The notes below the pieces were generated by a model. The model did not search any database, had not been told where the DNA came from, and saw nothing but the letters and a program-made list of their open reading frames with translations. A DNA stretch of 64,000 nt from Alphaproteobacteria bacterium (GTDB lineage Bacteria; Pseudomonadota; Alphaproteobacteria; CALKHQ01). A program made the position numbers and the translations under genes. Below, one piece after another: positions 1 to 10,192 of the stretch. Location: positions 2,112,001 through 2,176,000 of the forward strand of contig CBDDFZ010000001.1 in assembly GCA_965227515.1 (NCBI GenBank), written 5' to 3'. Numbering within the stretch: position 1 is the stretch's first letter; every line of letters begins with the position of its first letter.

Positions 1-292
1 CGGCGACGGGCTCGGCGTGGAGGACGGTGGTGTGATCGCGGTCGCCGCCGCACCGGAGCCGCTGGCCGAGGTGACCTGCCCCGACGCAATCGCGCTGGCG
101 CGCATCGCCTGGCATCTGGGCAACCGCCACCTGCCGGTCGCCATCGAGGATGGCCGCATCCGCCTGCGCCGCGACCACGTGATCGAGGACATGCTGGCGA
201 AGATGGGGGCGGCGGTGGCTCATGTGGAGGCGCCGTTCGACCCGGAAGGCGGCGCCTATGGCGCGGGAGCGGTGCATGGCCACAGCCACTGA
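1..292 (+). CDS. ureE: Urease accessory protein UreE (5' end outside window)
   Basis: AWHLGNRHLP motif, PFDPEGGAY and His-rich C-terminus (HGHSH); directly upstream of ureF and ureG. Confidence 0.93.
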   Translation, partial: GDGLGVEDGGVIAVAAAPEPLAEVTCPDAIALARIAWHLGNRHLPVAIEDGRIRLRRDHVIEDMLAKMGAAVAHVEAPFDPEGGAYGAGAVHGHSH

Positions 293-967
293 CCCGGCCA
301 ACAGCGAAGACCTGGATGCCGCCGCGCTCTATCGCCTGCTGAGCTGGCTGTCGCCGTCCTATCCGGTCAGCGCCTACAGCTTCAGCCACGGCCTGGAATG
401 GGCCATCGAAGACCAGCCGTTGCGCGACCGTGCCGCTCTGCATGGCTGGATCGTGACCGTCCTGACCATGGGCAGCGGGCGCAATGACGCGATCCTGCTC
501 GCGGCGGCATGGCGCGCAGCCGGCGACGGCGGCGCCCTGAACGCCTGCAACGATCTGGCCCTCGCGCTCGCCGGGTCCGCCGAGCGCCTGGAAGAGACCC
601 GCACCCAGGGCCGCGCCTTCCTGGCCACCACCGAGGCGGCTTGGCCCGCCGATACGCCGAAGCTCGACCGCCAGCCCGCCTATCCGGTCGCGGTGGGCAT
701 GATGGCCGCCGCCCACGGCATTCCGCTTCAACCCGTGCTGGTCGGCTACCTCCATGCCTTTGCCGCCAACCTTGTGTCGGCCGGGGTGCGGGCAATCCCG
801 CTCGGCCAGACCGATGGCCAGCGCCTCACCGCCGACCTCGCGCCCGCCGTTGCCGCCGTCGCCGCCGAGGCGGCCGACGCCACGCTCGACGATATCGGCG
901 GCTGCAGCTTCATCGCAGACATCGCCGCGATGGCCCACGAAACCCAGCAAGTAAGGTTGTTCCGTTC

Positions 968-971
<4 letters not shown>
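276..971 (+). CDS. ureF: Urease accessory protein UreF
   Basis: [27 protein letters not shown] and the C-terminal [11 protein letters not shown]; start taken at ATG 276 overlapping ureE. Confidence 0.95.
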
Positions 972-1600
<629 letters not shown>

Positions 1601-1618
1601 CGGACCCCTAACCCTCCG

Positions 1619-1759
1619 CGACGCCCTCGGCCTTGTGCCGAGGGCCCATTTGTGGTGGTGACACCAACGTCGCCGTTGATGGCACTTCGGTTCGAGCATG
1701 TCCCAGATACACTTCGCACGGCCCATGAATAGGCCCTCGGCACAAGGCCGAGGGCGTCG
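1619..1759. repeat. Palindromic repeat doublet, family A (GCCCTCGNCCTTGTGNCGAGGGCCCAT arms, unique interior)
   Basis: About 37-bp terminal inverted repeats, each a hairpin; related arms at 15255-15432 and 53806-53982. Confidence 0.85.
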
Positions 1760-1947
1760 ACCTATTCAGTTGTGCGCGGCACGACGAATGAACCAAACCG
1801 CCTGACCACACGACCTATCTGCCAGGTGCGCCTGGTTGTGCGCTACGTCACGAGGTTTCCATTTTCGTCATGGAGCCGTCGCGCGAGCGCCCAAATTGCC
1901 GACCACCTCGACACTACGACAATTTGTTCGCAGAGGGGTGGTTCAAC

Positions 1948-3243
1948 ATGGCAAGCGCGAAACAGCCTTCGCTGATGCGCAACAGGAGCTTCCAGGCGCT
2001 GTTCGGTGCCCAGTTCCTCGGCGCGTTCAACGACAACCTGTTCAAGATGATCGTGTCGCTGCTGGCCATCGACGCCGCCATCAGCACCGAGGGCGCGGGC
2101 GGCTTCCTGTCGATGACCGGTATCGTCTTCATCGTCCCCTATCTGCTGTTCTCCGGCTATGCCGGCTTCGCCGCCGACCGTTTCGGCAAGCGCACCGTCC
2201 TCGTCATCTCCAAGGCGAGCGAGGTTCTGGTGATGCTGCTGGCGCTGGCAGCGCTGGCGTTCGGCGACGTCTACGCCCTGCTCGGCGTGCTGTTCCTGAT
2301 GGCGACCCAGTCCACCTTCTTCGGTCCGGCCAAGTTCGGCGTGCTGCCGGAAATGCTGCCGGCCGGCCAATTGGCGCAGGCCAACGGCTATCTGGAGATG
2401 GGCCGCTACATCGCGGTGATCTTCGGCAGCGTCAGCGCCGGCGGCCTGATGGTGCTGCTGGGTGGCGAGCCCTTGATGCTCGGCGTGGTGCTGGTGGCGA
2501 TCGCGGTGCTGGGCGCCGTGGTCTGCCTGGCGGTGCGGGCGACCGAGGGCGTGCGCTCCACTGTGCCGTTCAGCCTGAACCCGATCGCCTCGATCAAGAC
2601 AGGCATCCGCCGCATCGCCGCCGACCGTCAGCTCCGCTTCGCGGTCATCGGCATCACCTTCTTCGAGACCCTGGCCGGCATTGTGATGATGACCGTGCTG
2701 TTGCTGGCCGACAAGCTGCTGGGCCTGGACGAGTTCGCATCGGGCATGATGCTGGCGCTGGCGGGCCTCGGCATCGGCATCGGCGCCGCCATTGCCGGCC
2801 GCCTGTCGGTGGGCCGCATCAACATGAACCTGGTGCCGTTCGCCACCGTCGGTGTCGCCGCCGCCCTGGTCGGGCTGTCCTATGCCGGCACCTCGGTGGT
2901 GCTGACCGCGCTTGCCATCGTGATGGTGGGTGTGTTTGGCGGCATGTTCCTGGTGCCTTTGAACGCGATGCTGCAGCACCGCGCCGCCGCCGCCGAGAAG
3001 GGGGTTACCATCAGCGCGTCGAACTTCCTGAACATGACCGGCGTGCTGGGCGGTTGCGGCTTTCTGTGGGTGCTGTGCGAGGTGTTCGCGGTGGCCCCGA
3101 ACCAGATCATCCTGATCTGCGGCCTGATCGCCATCGTCGCGGCGCTGCTGCAACTCGGCAACATCACCCGCATCATCGGTGGCTTTGCCAAGCGCGGTCG
3201 CCGCCCGACCGAGACCCTGCTGCTGGCCCCGCCTGCCGCCTGA
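1948..3243 (+). CDS. MFS transporter, lysophospholipid transporter (LplT/Aas MFS domain)-like
   Basis: AQFLGAFNDNLFK and QSTFFGPAKFG motifs typical of Aas-fused MFS domains; about 12 hydrophobic segments. Confidence 0.8.
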   Translation: MASAKQPSLMRNRSFQALFGAQFLGAFNDNLFKMIVSLLAIDAAISTEGAGGFLSMTGIVFIVPYLLFSGYAGFAADRFGKRTVLVISKASEVLVMLLALAALAFGDVYALLGVLFLMATQSTFFGPAKFGVLPEMLPAGQLAQANGYLEMGRYIAVIFGSVSAGGLMVLLGGEPLMLGVVLVAIAVLGAVVCLAVRATEGVRSTVPFSLNPIASIKTGIRRIAADRQLRFAVIGITFFETLAGIVMMTVLLLADKLLGLDEFASGMMLALAGLGIGIGAAIAGRLSVGRINMNLVPFATVGVAAALVGLSYAGTSVVLTALAIVMVGVFGGMFLVPLNAMLQHRAAAAEKGVTISASNFLNMTGVLGGCGFLWVLCEVFAVAPNQIILICGLIAIVAALLQLGNITRIIGGFAKRGRRPTETLLLAPPAA

Positions 3244-3244
3244 G

Positions 3245-4099
3245 CTAATACACATCCACGTGGATGTGGTCGTCGTGGCGGGCGGACCAGCAGCCGTGAT
3301 GGCCCATCGCCGGGCCGGAAATATCCCAGCGTTCCGCCAAGTGCGGCTCCAGTAGCAGCCGGGTGACGCCGAGTTGCGTGCCCTCGTTGACCAGCCAACG
3401 GATCATCTCCGCCGTGCGCGGCACGTCTACCGGATGGTCGGCGACGATGTCCTGGAACCAGCCGATATCGAGCCGGCGGTCGGCCAGCCGCTCTGCCGAA
3501 CAAGGTAGCCGCTCGCCGGGCCGTGCCTCCTCCACCGCGAAATAGCCCAGCCACCAGCGCGCCAGGCCGCGCTCGTACGCCCCGTCCTCGTTCTGGTAGA
3601 AGAAGGCGATGTCCAGCCGGCGGCCGTCGCCATGGGTGAAGTGCGGCGGCATTTGCAGGCGTGAGACGTCGAACGGGAAGCCGCCGTCCAAATATTGCAC
3701 CACGGTGCCGGGAAACGCCTGGTCCATGTGGTGGGCGAGCGCCGCCGTCACTTCGTCCAACGGCGGTTGCACGTAGTGGCGGTTGGTGGCGCAGTAAAAC
3801 ACGCTGAGCGCGCCATAGGGCAGATCGTCGGTGGCGATGCATTGCAGCGGCACCCGGCCATAGAGGGCGGCGAGCGGCGGCACCGCGAAAATTGCAATCA
3901 CGGCGTAGGTGGCCGCGAACGTCGCGAGCTTGGCGCCGCGGCGGCGCCAGGGGCGGCCACGCCAGGACCGTGGCATCAGCCGTGCCGCGATCCAGGTCAG
4001 CAGCATCGCGATGCCGCCGACCTGGGTCAGCACGGTCATGAGCACGAGCATGGCCAGCCAGAAAACCGGCCACAGCACAAATCGAGCGATGTATCGCAT
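3245..4099 (-). CDS. Membrane-anchored hypothetical protein with putative Zn-peptidase (M15/M74 MepA-like) motifs
   Basis: N-terminal hydrophobic helices; PHFTHGDGRRLD (H-x6-D) and C-terminal RHDDHIH (HxH); start at ATG 4099 inferred. Confidence 0.6.
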   Translation of the reverse strand: MRYIARFVLWPVFWLAMLVLMTVLTQVGGIAMLLTWIAARLMPRSWRGRPWRRRGAKLATFAATYAVIAIFAVPPLAALYGRVPLQCIATDDLPYGALSVFYCATNRHYVQPPLDEVTAALAHHMDQAFPGTVVQYLDGGFPFDVSRLQMPPHFTHGDGRRLDIAFFYQNEDGAYERGLARWWLGYFAVEEARPGERLPCSAERLADRRLDIGWFQDIVADHPVDVPRTAEMIRWLVNEGTQLGVTRLLLEPHLAERWDISGPAMGHHGCWSARHDDHIHVDVY

Positions 4100-4343
4100 C
4101 GCGCGATGCTGCCGGCGGCGCCGGGCTGCCGCAACATCATCCAGCGGCCCCACGGGGCACATCGTTTCACGATCCCGTGGGTTTATGGTTGTGGCGCTGC
4201 CGAATATGTGGGCATCGAAACTGGCGATCCGGCCGGCGCAGGCGATAATGTCGCCATCGATGACCGTGCCGGCGATTCGCTCGCGAATATGGGGCCGGCG
4301 CAAGGGATGCAGCGGTCGCGGGCGGACCCGCGGCTGAGTTGAG

Positions 4344-5072
4344 GTGATCGTGACCTTCGGTGCACAGACATTGGATCGCCGGCGGCGTCGGCGCTCGGCG
4401 TGGCGTATTATTCAAGTCCTGCTGGTGCTGGTGGCGCCGCTTGCGACCTTCGGTGTCGGCTATGGCGTCGGCGACAAGCTGGAGGACAGCACGGTCGCCC
4501 AGTACAAGACCGAGATCGACGAGTTGCAGATGCAACTGCGCCGTTTGCAGCGCGAGCGCGACGGCATGATCCAGCAGGTCACCACCGCGCAGGCCAACGA
4601 GCAGCAGTGGCAGCAGCGCTATCAGGCCGACGTGCCGACCGGCCAGCGCCTGGACCTGATGAACCTGATCGACGAGCAGCTGCGCGCCGGCGTCGATGTC
4701 GGGCGCCTGTCGCGCTTCATCGTCGCGGCGGCGGCCACCCGTGACTGCGAATCGCCGGATACCAAACGGTTCTTCATCCAGACGCCGTCGACGCCGTCGG
4801 CCCGCCAGGCCATCACATTCGGCGGCGGGGCGGTGACGGTGACCGGCGACGGCGCCGCGGCGGAGGGGGACAATGGCGGCGCGCTGGCCTATTTCGACCA
4901 GACAAAGCCGATCACCATGACGTTCACGCTGATCGGCGGCCAACGGTTCGAGGCGCAGGGCGTGCTGCCCGTCCACACTTCCGTCCTGGTCGGCCAGGAC
5001 GAAATGCGCTTCACCGTGATCGAGAACGAACTGCGCGGCTATGTGCAGGTGAGCGCGGCGATCTGCAAGTAG
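4344..5072 (+). CDS. Hypothetical membrane-anchored coiled-coil protein
   Basis: Basic N-terminus, one TM helix, Q/E/L-rich coiled coil, beta-rich C-terminal domain with two Cys; GAGG RBS before GTG. Confidence 0.7.
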   Translation: MIVTFGAQTLDRRRRRRSAWRIIQVLLVLVAPLATFGVGYGVGDKLEDSTVAQYKTEIDELQMQLRRLQRERDGMIQQVTTAQANEQQWQQRYQADVPTGQRLDLMNLIDEQLRAGVDVGRLSRFIVAAAATRDCESPDTKRFFIQTPSTPSARQAITFGGGAVTVTGDGAAAEGDNGGALAYFDQTKPITMTFTLIGGQRFEAQGVLPVHTSVLVGQDEMRFTVIENELRGYVQVSAAICK

Positions 5073-5206
5073 AAGACGACCGCGCGCCGGCGGTCGCAAC
5101 CCTGGAAAGCAACTGAGGCGTTTTCAGCCCGGCAAAAACCCTCTAGGTTTTTGGCGCGATCCTAAATTCGCCAATCACAATGAAATTGAAACGGGGAGAA
5201 AACGGC

Positions 5207-6244
5207 ATGAATGGGAAGCTTTTGCTCGCAAGCACGGCGGTCGCCGCCGTCATGATGGCGGGCCCGGCCAGCGCGGAGCGGGTGCGCTGGGACATGGGCA
5301 GCGCCTTCGCCGGCACGTTGACCCAGCTCGGCACGCTGGGCGTGGCGTTGACGGAGAAGCTGGAGGCGGTCAGCGGCGGCGAGATCGAGGTCACGTTCTA
5401 CGATCCGGGCGCACTGGTGCCGCCGTTCGAGATGTTCGACGCGGTTGCCCAGGGTTCGCTGGACGCGGCGTGGTCGACCTCCGGCTACTGGACCGGCAAG
5501 GACCCCACCTTCGCCATGTTCTCGGCCATTCCGTTCGGTCCATCGTCGGGTGAGTACCTGGCCTGGATCTATTATGGCGGCGGCCTGGAGCTGTGGGACG
5601 AGCTGTATGCGTCGTACGGCCTGAAGTCGATTCCGTGCGGCATCATCGCGCCAGAGGCGTCGGGCTGGTTCCGCAACGAGATCACCTCGGCTGAGGACCT
5701 GAACGGCCTGAAGATGCGCTTCTTCGGCCTCGGTGCACGCGTCATGGAACGCCTGGGCGTGTCCACCCAGTTGCTGCCCGGCGGCGAAATTTTCCAGGCG
5801 CTGGAGCTTGGCACCATCGACGCGACCGAGTTCTCGATGCCGGCCATCGACCTGAATCTGGGCTTCTTCCAGGTGGCGAGCCACTACTACTTCCCGGGCT
5901 GGCACCAGCAGTCGACCGTGTTCGAATTCATGGTCAACCGCGACGTCTGGGACGGCCTGGAAGACCAGACCAAGGCCATCATCGAAGTGGTCTGCGGCGA
6001 CAACATCCGCGAGGGCCTGGCCGAAGGCGAGGCGATCCAGTTCGCCGCGTTGCAGGAGCTGCAGGCCAATGGCGTGACCATCCACCGCTGGCCGCAGGAA
6101 ATCCTCGACCGCCTGGAATCCGAATGGCAAGCGGTGGCGACGGAGCTGGCCGGTGAGAGCGAGACCTTCTCGAAGGTCTATGAGTCCTACACCGCCTTCC
6201 GCGACAACTACGACATCTGGCAAGACCTGGGTTATCTCGACTAG
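5207..6244 (+). CDS. dctP: TRAP transporter substrate-binding protein DctP (TakP-like)
   Basis: Signal peptide; GLKMRFFGLG, LELGTIDATEF, YYFPGWHQ motifs. Confidence 0.93.
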   Translation: MNGKLLLASTAVAAVMMAGPASAERVRWDMGSAFAGTLTQLGTLGVALTEKLEAVSGGEIEVTFYDPGALVPPFEMFDAVAQGSLDAAWSTSGYWTGKDPTFAMFSAIPFGPSSGEYLAWIYYGGGLELWDELYASYGLKSIPCGIIAPEASGWFRNEITSAEDLNGLKMRFFGLGARVMERLGVSTQLLPGGEIFQALELGTIDATEFSMPAIDLNLGFFQVASHYYFPGWHQQSTVFEFMVNRDVWDGLEDQTKAIIEVVCGDNIREGLAEGEAIQFAALQELQANGVTIHRWPQEILDRLESEWQAVATELAGESETFSKVYESYTAFRDNYDIWQDLGYLD

Positions 6245-6254
6245 GTGGCGTGCG

Positions 6255-6290
6255 TGCGGCCGTCCGGCGTGTGCTCGGCCGGCCGCACCC
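6255..6290 (+). other. GC-rich hairpin after dctP (possible mRNA-stabilising or attenuating stem)
   Basis: GTGCGGCCG...CGGCCGCAC inverted repeat just after the dctP stop. Confidence 0.45.
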
Positions 6291-6380
6291 GCGTGAGATA
6301 GCCTGCCGTCGCGGGTGATCGCCTGGGCGAGGCTTGGCCTCGTCCGGGCGGCCCGCTTGCACAGCTGGTTGAGCTAGGTC

Positions 6381-7274
6381 ATGCCGTTCCAACAAACCCT
6401 CGACACGTTCTTCGAGAACCTGGTTCTCGACGTGAACTTTGCGCTCGGCCCATCGATCGCGTGGCTGTTCGCCTATGTCATGATCTTCTGTGCCGCCATT
6501 GCGGCTGGCGCGGTCTCGACCGACCGAACGACGTGGGTGCGGCGCGCCGCCATCGCGGTCGGCATCGGGGTCGCCGCGGCATGCGTGGCCGAGTTTGCGG
6601 TGGTGGGCGAGACCAACAACTGGCTGCACTGGGGCTTTGCCGTGGTGCTCAGCGCCGGGCTCGGCGTCGGCTTCGCCTATGCCGGGGCTGGCGGGATGCT
6701 GGCAATGTCGCGCGGCCTGGACGCCATCGTGGTGGCCCTGGGCAAGTTTGGTGCCTGGATCATGGTGCCGCTGGTGCTGGTGATCCTGATCGACATCATC
6801 CTGGTGCGTAAACTGGGCGTGGAGCTTCCGTTCTTCACCTCCACAAAGCTGCAGGAGCTGGAATGGCACCTGCACACGGTGATTTTCGCGCTCGGCTTCG
6901 GCTTTGCCTACATCGCCAACGCCCATGTCCGGGTCGATCTGGTCCGCGAGAAGTTGAAGCCGCGCCGCCAGCAATGGATCGAGGTCGTCGGCTGCGTAAT
7001 GCTGATGGTGCCCTATTGCGGGCTGGTGCTGATGGTGACGGTGGAGTTTGCCGCGCGCTCCTACGACCAGGGCGAGGTGTCGCCGGCGATGACCGGGCTG
7101 TCGCACCGCTGGATCATCAAGGCGTTCCTGCCGGCCGGTTTCCTGATCGCCACGCTGTCGGCGCTGGCGGTACTGACCCGCAGGCTGATCACGCTGTTCG
7201 CGCCGGCCGATATCGTTGCCGCTACCGAACGGCATGAGGCGCGGGAAATCGTCGCCATGTCGAAGTCGGACTAG
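6381..7274 (+). CDS. dctQ: TRAP small permease DctQ with N-terminal membrane extension
   Basis: LQELEWHL, HVRVDL, GL.HRWIIK motifs; lies between dctP and dctM. Confidence 0.88.
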   Translation: MPFQQTLDTFFENLVLDVNFALGPSIAWLFAYVMIFCAAIAAGAVSTDRTTWVRRAAIAVGIGVAAACVAEFAVVGETNNWLHWGFAVVLSAGLGVGFAYAGAGGMLAMSRGLDAIVVALGKFGAWIMVPLVLVILIDIILVRKLGVELPFFTSTKLQELEWHLHTVIFALGFGFAYIANAHVRVDLVREKLKPRRQQWIEVVGCVMLMVPYCGLVLMVTVEFAARSYDQGEVSPAMTGLSHRWIIKAFLPAGFLIATLSALAVLTRRLITLFAPADIVAATERHEAREIVAMSKSD

Positions 7275-7286
7275 GTAGGCCGGGAA

Positions 7287-8699
7287 ATGGAGATATTCGG
7301 CATCTACGCGGCCGACCTGCTGGCGCCGCTGATGTTCCTGGCGCTCGGGTTCTTCCTGTTCTCCGGCTACCCGGTGGCGATGGTGCTGGCCGGGGTCGCG
7401 ATCTATTTCGCGCTCATCGCCTATGGGCTGGACGCTTACAACCTGGCCAAGTTCAAGGCGCTGTCGAACCGCATCTGGGGGCAGATCGCCGAGAACCAGG
7501 TGCTGGTCGCCATCCCCATGTTCATCTTCATGGGCACGATGCTGGAGAAGAGCGGCGTCGCCCGCGACCTGCTGAACTGCCTGAACATCCTGCTGCGGCG
7601 GGTGCCGGGCGGGTTGGCGATGGCGGTGTCGTTGCTTGGCACCATCATGGCCGCGACCACCGGCATCATCGGCGCGTCGGTGGTGATGCTGACGCTGATG
7701 GCGCTGCCGGTGATGGCGCAGGGCGGCTATTCCAAGAAGCTCGCCACCGGCACCATCGCCGCCTCCGGCACGCTGGGCATCCTGATCCCGCCGTCGATCA
7801 TGCTGGTGATCATGGCCGACCTGCTGTCGGTCACTGTCGGCAATCTGTTCGTCGCCGCCATCGTGCCGGGCCTGGTGTTGGCCGTGGTCTACATCATCTA
7901 CATCGGCGTGTTGAGCGCTCTCAGGCCCGATATGGCGCCGCCGATCCCCGACGACCATGGGCCGGACTCCGGCGGTGAGCTGGCGCTGATGGTGCTGAAG
8001 AGCTTCCTGCCGCCGGTGTTCCTCATCGTGCTTGTGCTGGGCTCGATCTTCATCGGCTTTGCCACCCCGACCGAAGCGTCCGGCGTGGGTGCGGCCGGTG
8101 CCATGCTGCTTGCCGCCTTCAATCGCCGGCTCACCCTCGCCACCCTGCGCGAGGTCGTCTATCGCTCGGCCCTGACCAACGGCATGCTGTTCTTCATCTT
8201 CGTTGGTGCCACCGCGTTCTCCTATGTCTTCCGCACCCTGGGTGGCGACGATCTGGTCATCGACTTCATGGAGTCGATGGGCTTCGGTCCGTGGGGCGTG
8301 CTGATCCTGGTGATGGCGGTTGTCTTCGTCCTGGGCTTCTTCTTCGACTGGATCGAGATCACCCTGATCGTGCTGCCGGTGTTCGCGCCCATCATCGCCG
8401 GGCTGGATTTCGGCGACCATGTGGACTCCGTCCTGCCCAACGCGGTCACCTACTGGTTCGCCATTCTGATGGCGATCAACCTGCAAACCTCGTTCCTGAC
8501 GCCACCGTTCGGATTCGCCCTGTTCTACATGAAGGGGGTGTCGCCCAAGGGTGTGACGCTGAAGGACATCTATCTCGGCATCATCCCGTTCGTCGGGCTG
8601 CAGCTCATTGTGTTGGCCCTGGCCCTCGCCTTCCCGTGGATTTCCCTCGGCCTGGCCGAGTATTACTACGAGCTGACCACCGGCATCGGTGGCGGTTAG
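7287..8699 (+). CDS. dctM: TRAP large permease DctM
   Basis: GTLGILIPPS, ATPTEA, QTSFLTPPFG motifs. Confidence 0.95.
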   Translation: MEIFGIYAADLLAPLMFLALGFFLFSGYPVAMVLAGVAIYFALIAYGLDAYNLAKFKALSNRIWGQIAENQVLVAIPMFIFMGTMLEKSGVARDLLNCLNILLRRVPGGLAMAVSLLGTIMAATTGIIGASVVMLTLMALPVMAQGGYSKKLATGTIAASGTLGILIPPSIMLVIMADLLSVTVGNLFVAAIVPGLVLAVVYIIYIGVLSALRPDMAPPIPDDHGPDSGGELALMVLKSFLPPVFLIVLVLGSIFIGFATPTEASGVGAAGAMLLAAFNRRLTLATLREVVYRSALTNGMLFFIFVGATAFSYVFRTLGGDDLVIDFMESMGFGPWGVLILVMAVVFVLGFFFDWIEITLIVLPVFAPIIAGLDFGDHVDSVLPNAVTYWFAILMAINLQTSFLTPPFGFALFYMKGVSPKGVTLKDIYLGIIPFVGLQLIVLALALAFPWISLGLAEYYYELTTGIGGG

Positions 8700-8728
8700 C
8701 ACGCAAGATTCTCCGGGGAGGAAGTAAG

Positions 8729-9859
8729 ATGCCGAAACTTTTTGGCCGCGGTTTCACGCGCCGTGACCTGGCGCGCCAGTTCGGCGACTCAGCCCAGATC
8801 TTCGGGGTGCGGCTGGTCACGGCCGAGAACGGGGCCGAGCGCGGCGTGCGCATGCTCCAGTTCAACACCGGCGGCGGCTTCCGCTTCGACGTCATGGTCG
8901 ACCGCTGCATGGATATCGGCGGCATGTGGCGCGGCCACGCCGCCGTCGGCTGGCATTCCCCGACCGGATTCCGCAATCCATGGCTGCACGAGGTGGATGC
9001 CGAGGGTGGGCTTGGCTTCCTGCGCTCGTTCTCCGGCTTCATGAACACCTGCGGTTTCGACCACGTCATGGGCCAGACCGAGGAGGACGCGGAGCACTAC
9101 GACTACCCCTACCGCGCCAAGATCTTTCACGGCATCCATGGCCGGGCGAGCTACATCCCGGCGCAGCTCATCGGCTACGGCGCGGCCTGGGACGGCGACG
9201 ATTGCACCCTCTGGGCCGAGGCCAAGGTGCGCCAGGCGACCATGTTCGGCGAGAATCTGGAGCTGACCCGGCGGATCGAGGCCAAGGTCGGCGGCAATTC
9301 GGTCACCGTGCGCGACCGGGTGGAGAACGTCGGCTTCCTGAAGACGCCCCACATGCTGCTCTACCACGTCAACATCGGCTGGCCGGTGCTGGACGAGGGG
9401 GCTGAGATCGTGGCCCCGGTCGCCGATACCGTGTTCTACGCCCACGACACCAGCCTGACCGACATCGGCTACCGCACCCAGCCGGGCCCGCAGGCGAAGT
9501 TCCGCGAGCAGGTCTACGAGCACGACATGGCGACCGACGGCAACGGCATCGTGCCTGCGGCCCTGGTCAACCGCGGCTTCGATTGGGGCGGCGCCAAGGG
9601 GCTCGCCTTCCTTATGGAATACCGCAAGGACCAGCTGCCGGCGCTGTGGCAGTGGCAGAACTTGCAGGAAGGCAACTACGTCATGGGCATCGAGCCCGCG
9701 ACGATCCACGCCGGCACCCGCCAGGAGCACAAGGACCGCGGTGAGGTCCGCTGGCTGGAGCACGGCGACGGCTGCGACTACGAACTCACCTTCTCCGCGC
9801 TGGCCGGCGAGGCGGAGTTGCAGGCCCTCGACGACCGGGTGGCCAAGATCGGGGGGTAG
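8729..9859 (+). CDS. Aldose 1-epimerase-like protein (DUF4432 family)
   Basis: DRCMDIG, HGIHGR, LLYHVNIGWP, YVMGIEP motifs; GGGGAGG RBS before ATG 8729. Confidence 0.85.
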   Translation: MPKLFGRGFTRRDLARQFGDSAQIFGVRLVTAENGAERGVRMLQFNTGGGFRFDVMVDRCMDIGGMWRGHAAVGWHSPTGFRNPWLHEVDAEGGLGFLRSFSGFMNTCGFDHVMGQTEEDAEHYDYPYRAKIFHGIHGRASYIPAQLIGYGAAWDGDDCTLWAEAKVRQATMFGENLELTRRIEAKVGGNSVTVRDRVENVGFLKTPHMLLYHVNIGWPVLDEGAEIVAPVADTVFYAHDTSLTDIGYRTQPGPQAKFREQVYEHDMATDGNGIVPAALVNRGFDWGGAKGLAFLMEYRKDQLPALWQWQNLQEGNYVMGIEPATIHAGTRQEHKDRGEVRWLEHGDGCDYELTFSALAGEAELQALDDRVAKIGG

Positions 9860-9892
9860 GGGTCTTTTCCCGTTCCGTCATGCGAGTTCTTC

Positions 9893-10122
9893 TCCTCTCC
9901 CCGCCGCGAAGCGGTGCGGGAGAGGAAGGGGCCCAGCCGCAGGCTGGGAAGGTGAGGGGTATGGCACGATCGTTCGCGAACTGACGGTGTCGAGGGCAAG
10001 AGGACGACGTTCTTGTCCGCAGTGCGGCGTGGTTGCATCCACCGCCAACTGACCCTCACCCTCCCGCAAACCTGCGGTTCGCGGGCCCCTCCCTCTCCCG
10101 AGCGTGCCGCTGGGAGAGGGGA
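9893..10122. repeat. Palindromic repeat doublet, family C (CCCTCTCCC...GGGAGAGG...GGTGAGGG)
   Basis: Two inverted units (9893-9959, 10053-10122) between convergent genes; same family at 56158-56296. Confidence 0.85.
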
Positions 10123-10192
10123 CAACGAGCCACGCCGCAAGATGTGTGAATCCAGTAGCTACAAGGGCGAGCACGGCGGCATTCTTGGATTT

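Noticed and set aside
1948-3243. Truncated aas (MFS-acyltransferase-synthetase) pseudogene
   Set aside because: The MFS domain appears complete and no acyltransferase remnant follows; treated as a stand-alone transporter
5979-8702. 907-aa minus-strand ORF (and similar long ORFs at 26831-29161, 36547-38619, 50383-53166, 60617-62558)
   Set aside because: Antisense shadows of well-supported genes, expected in high-GC DNA; no motifs
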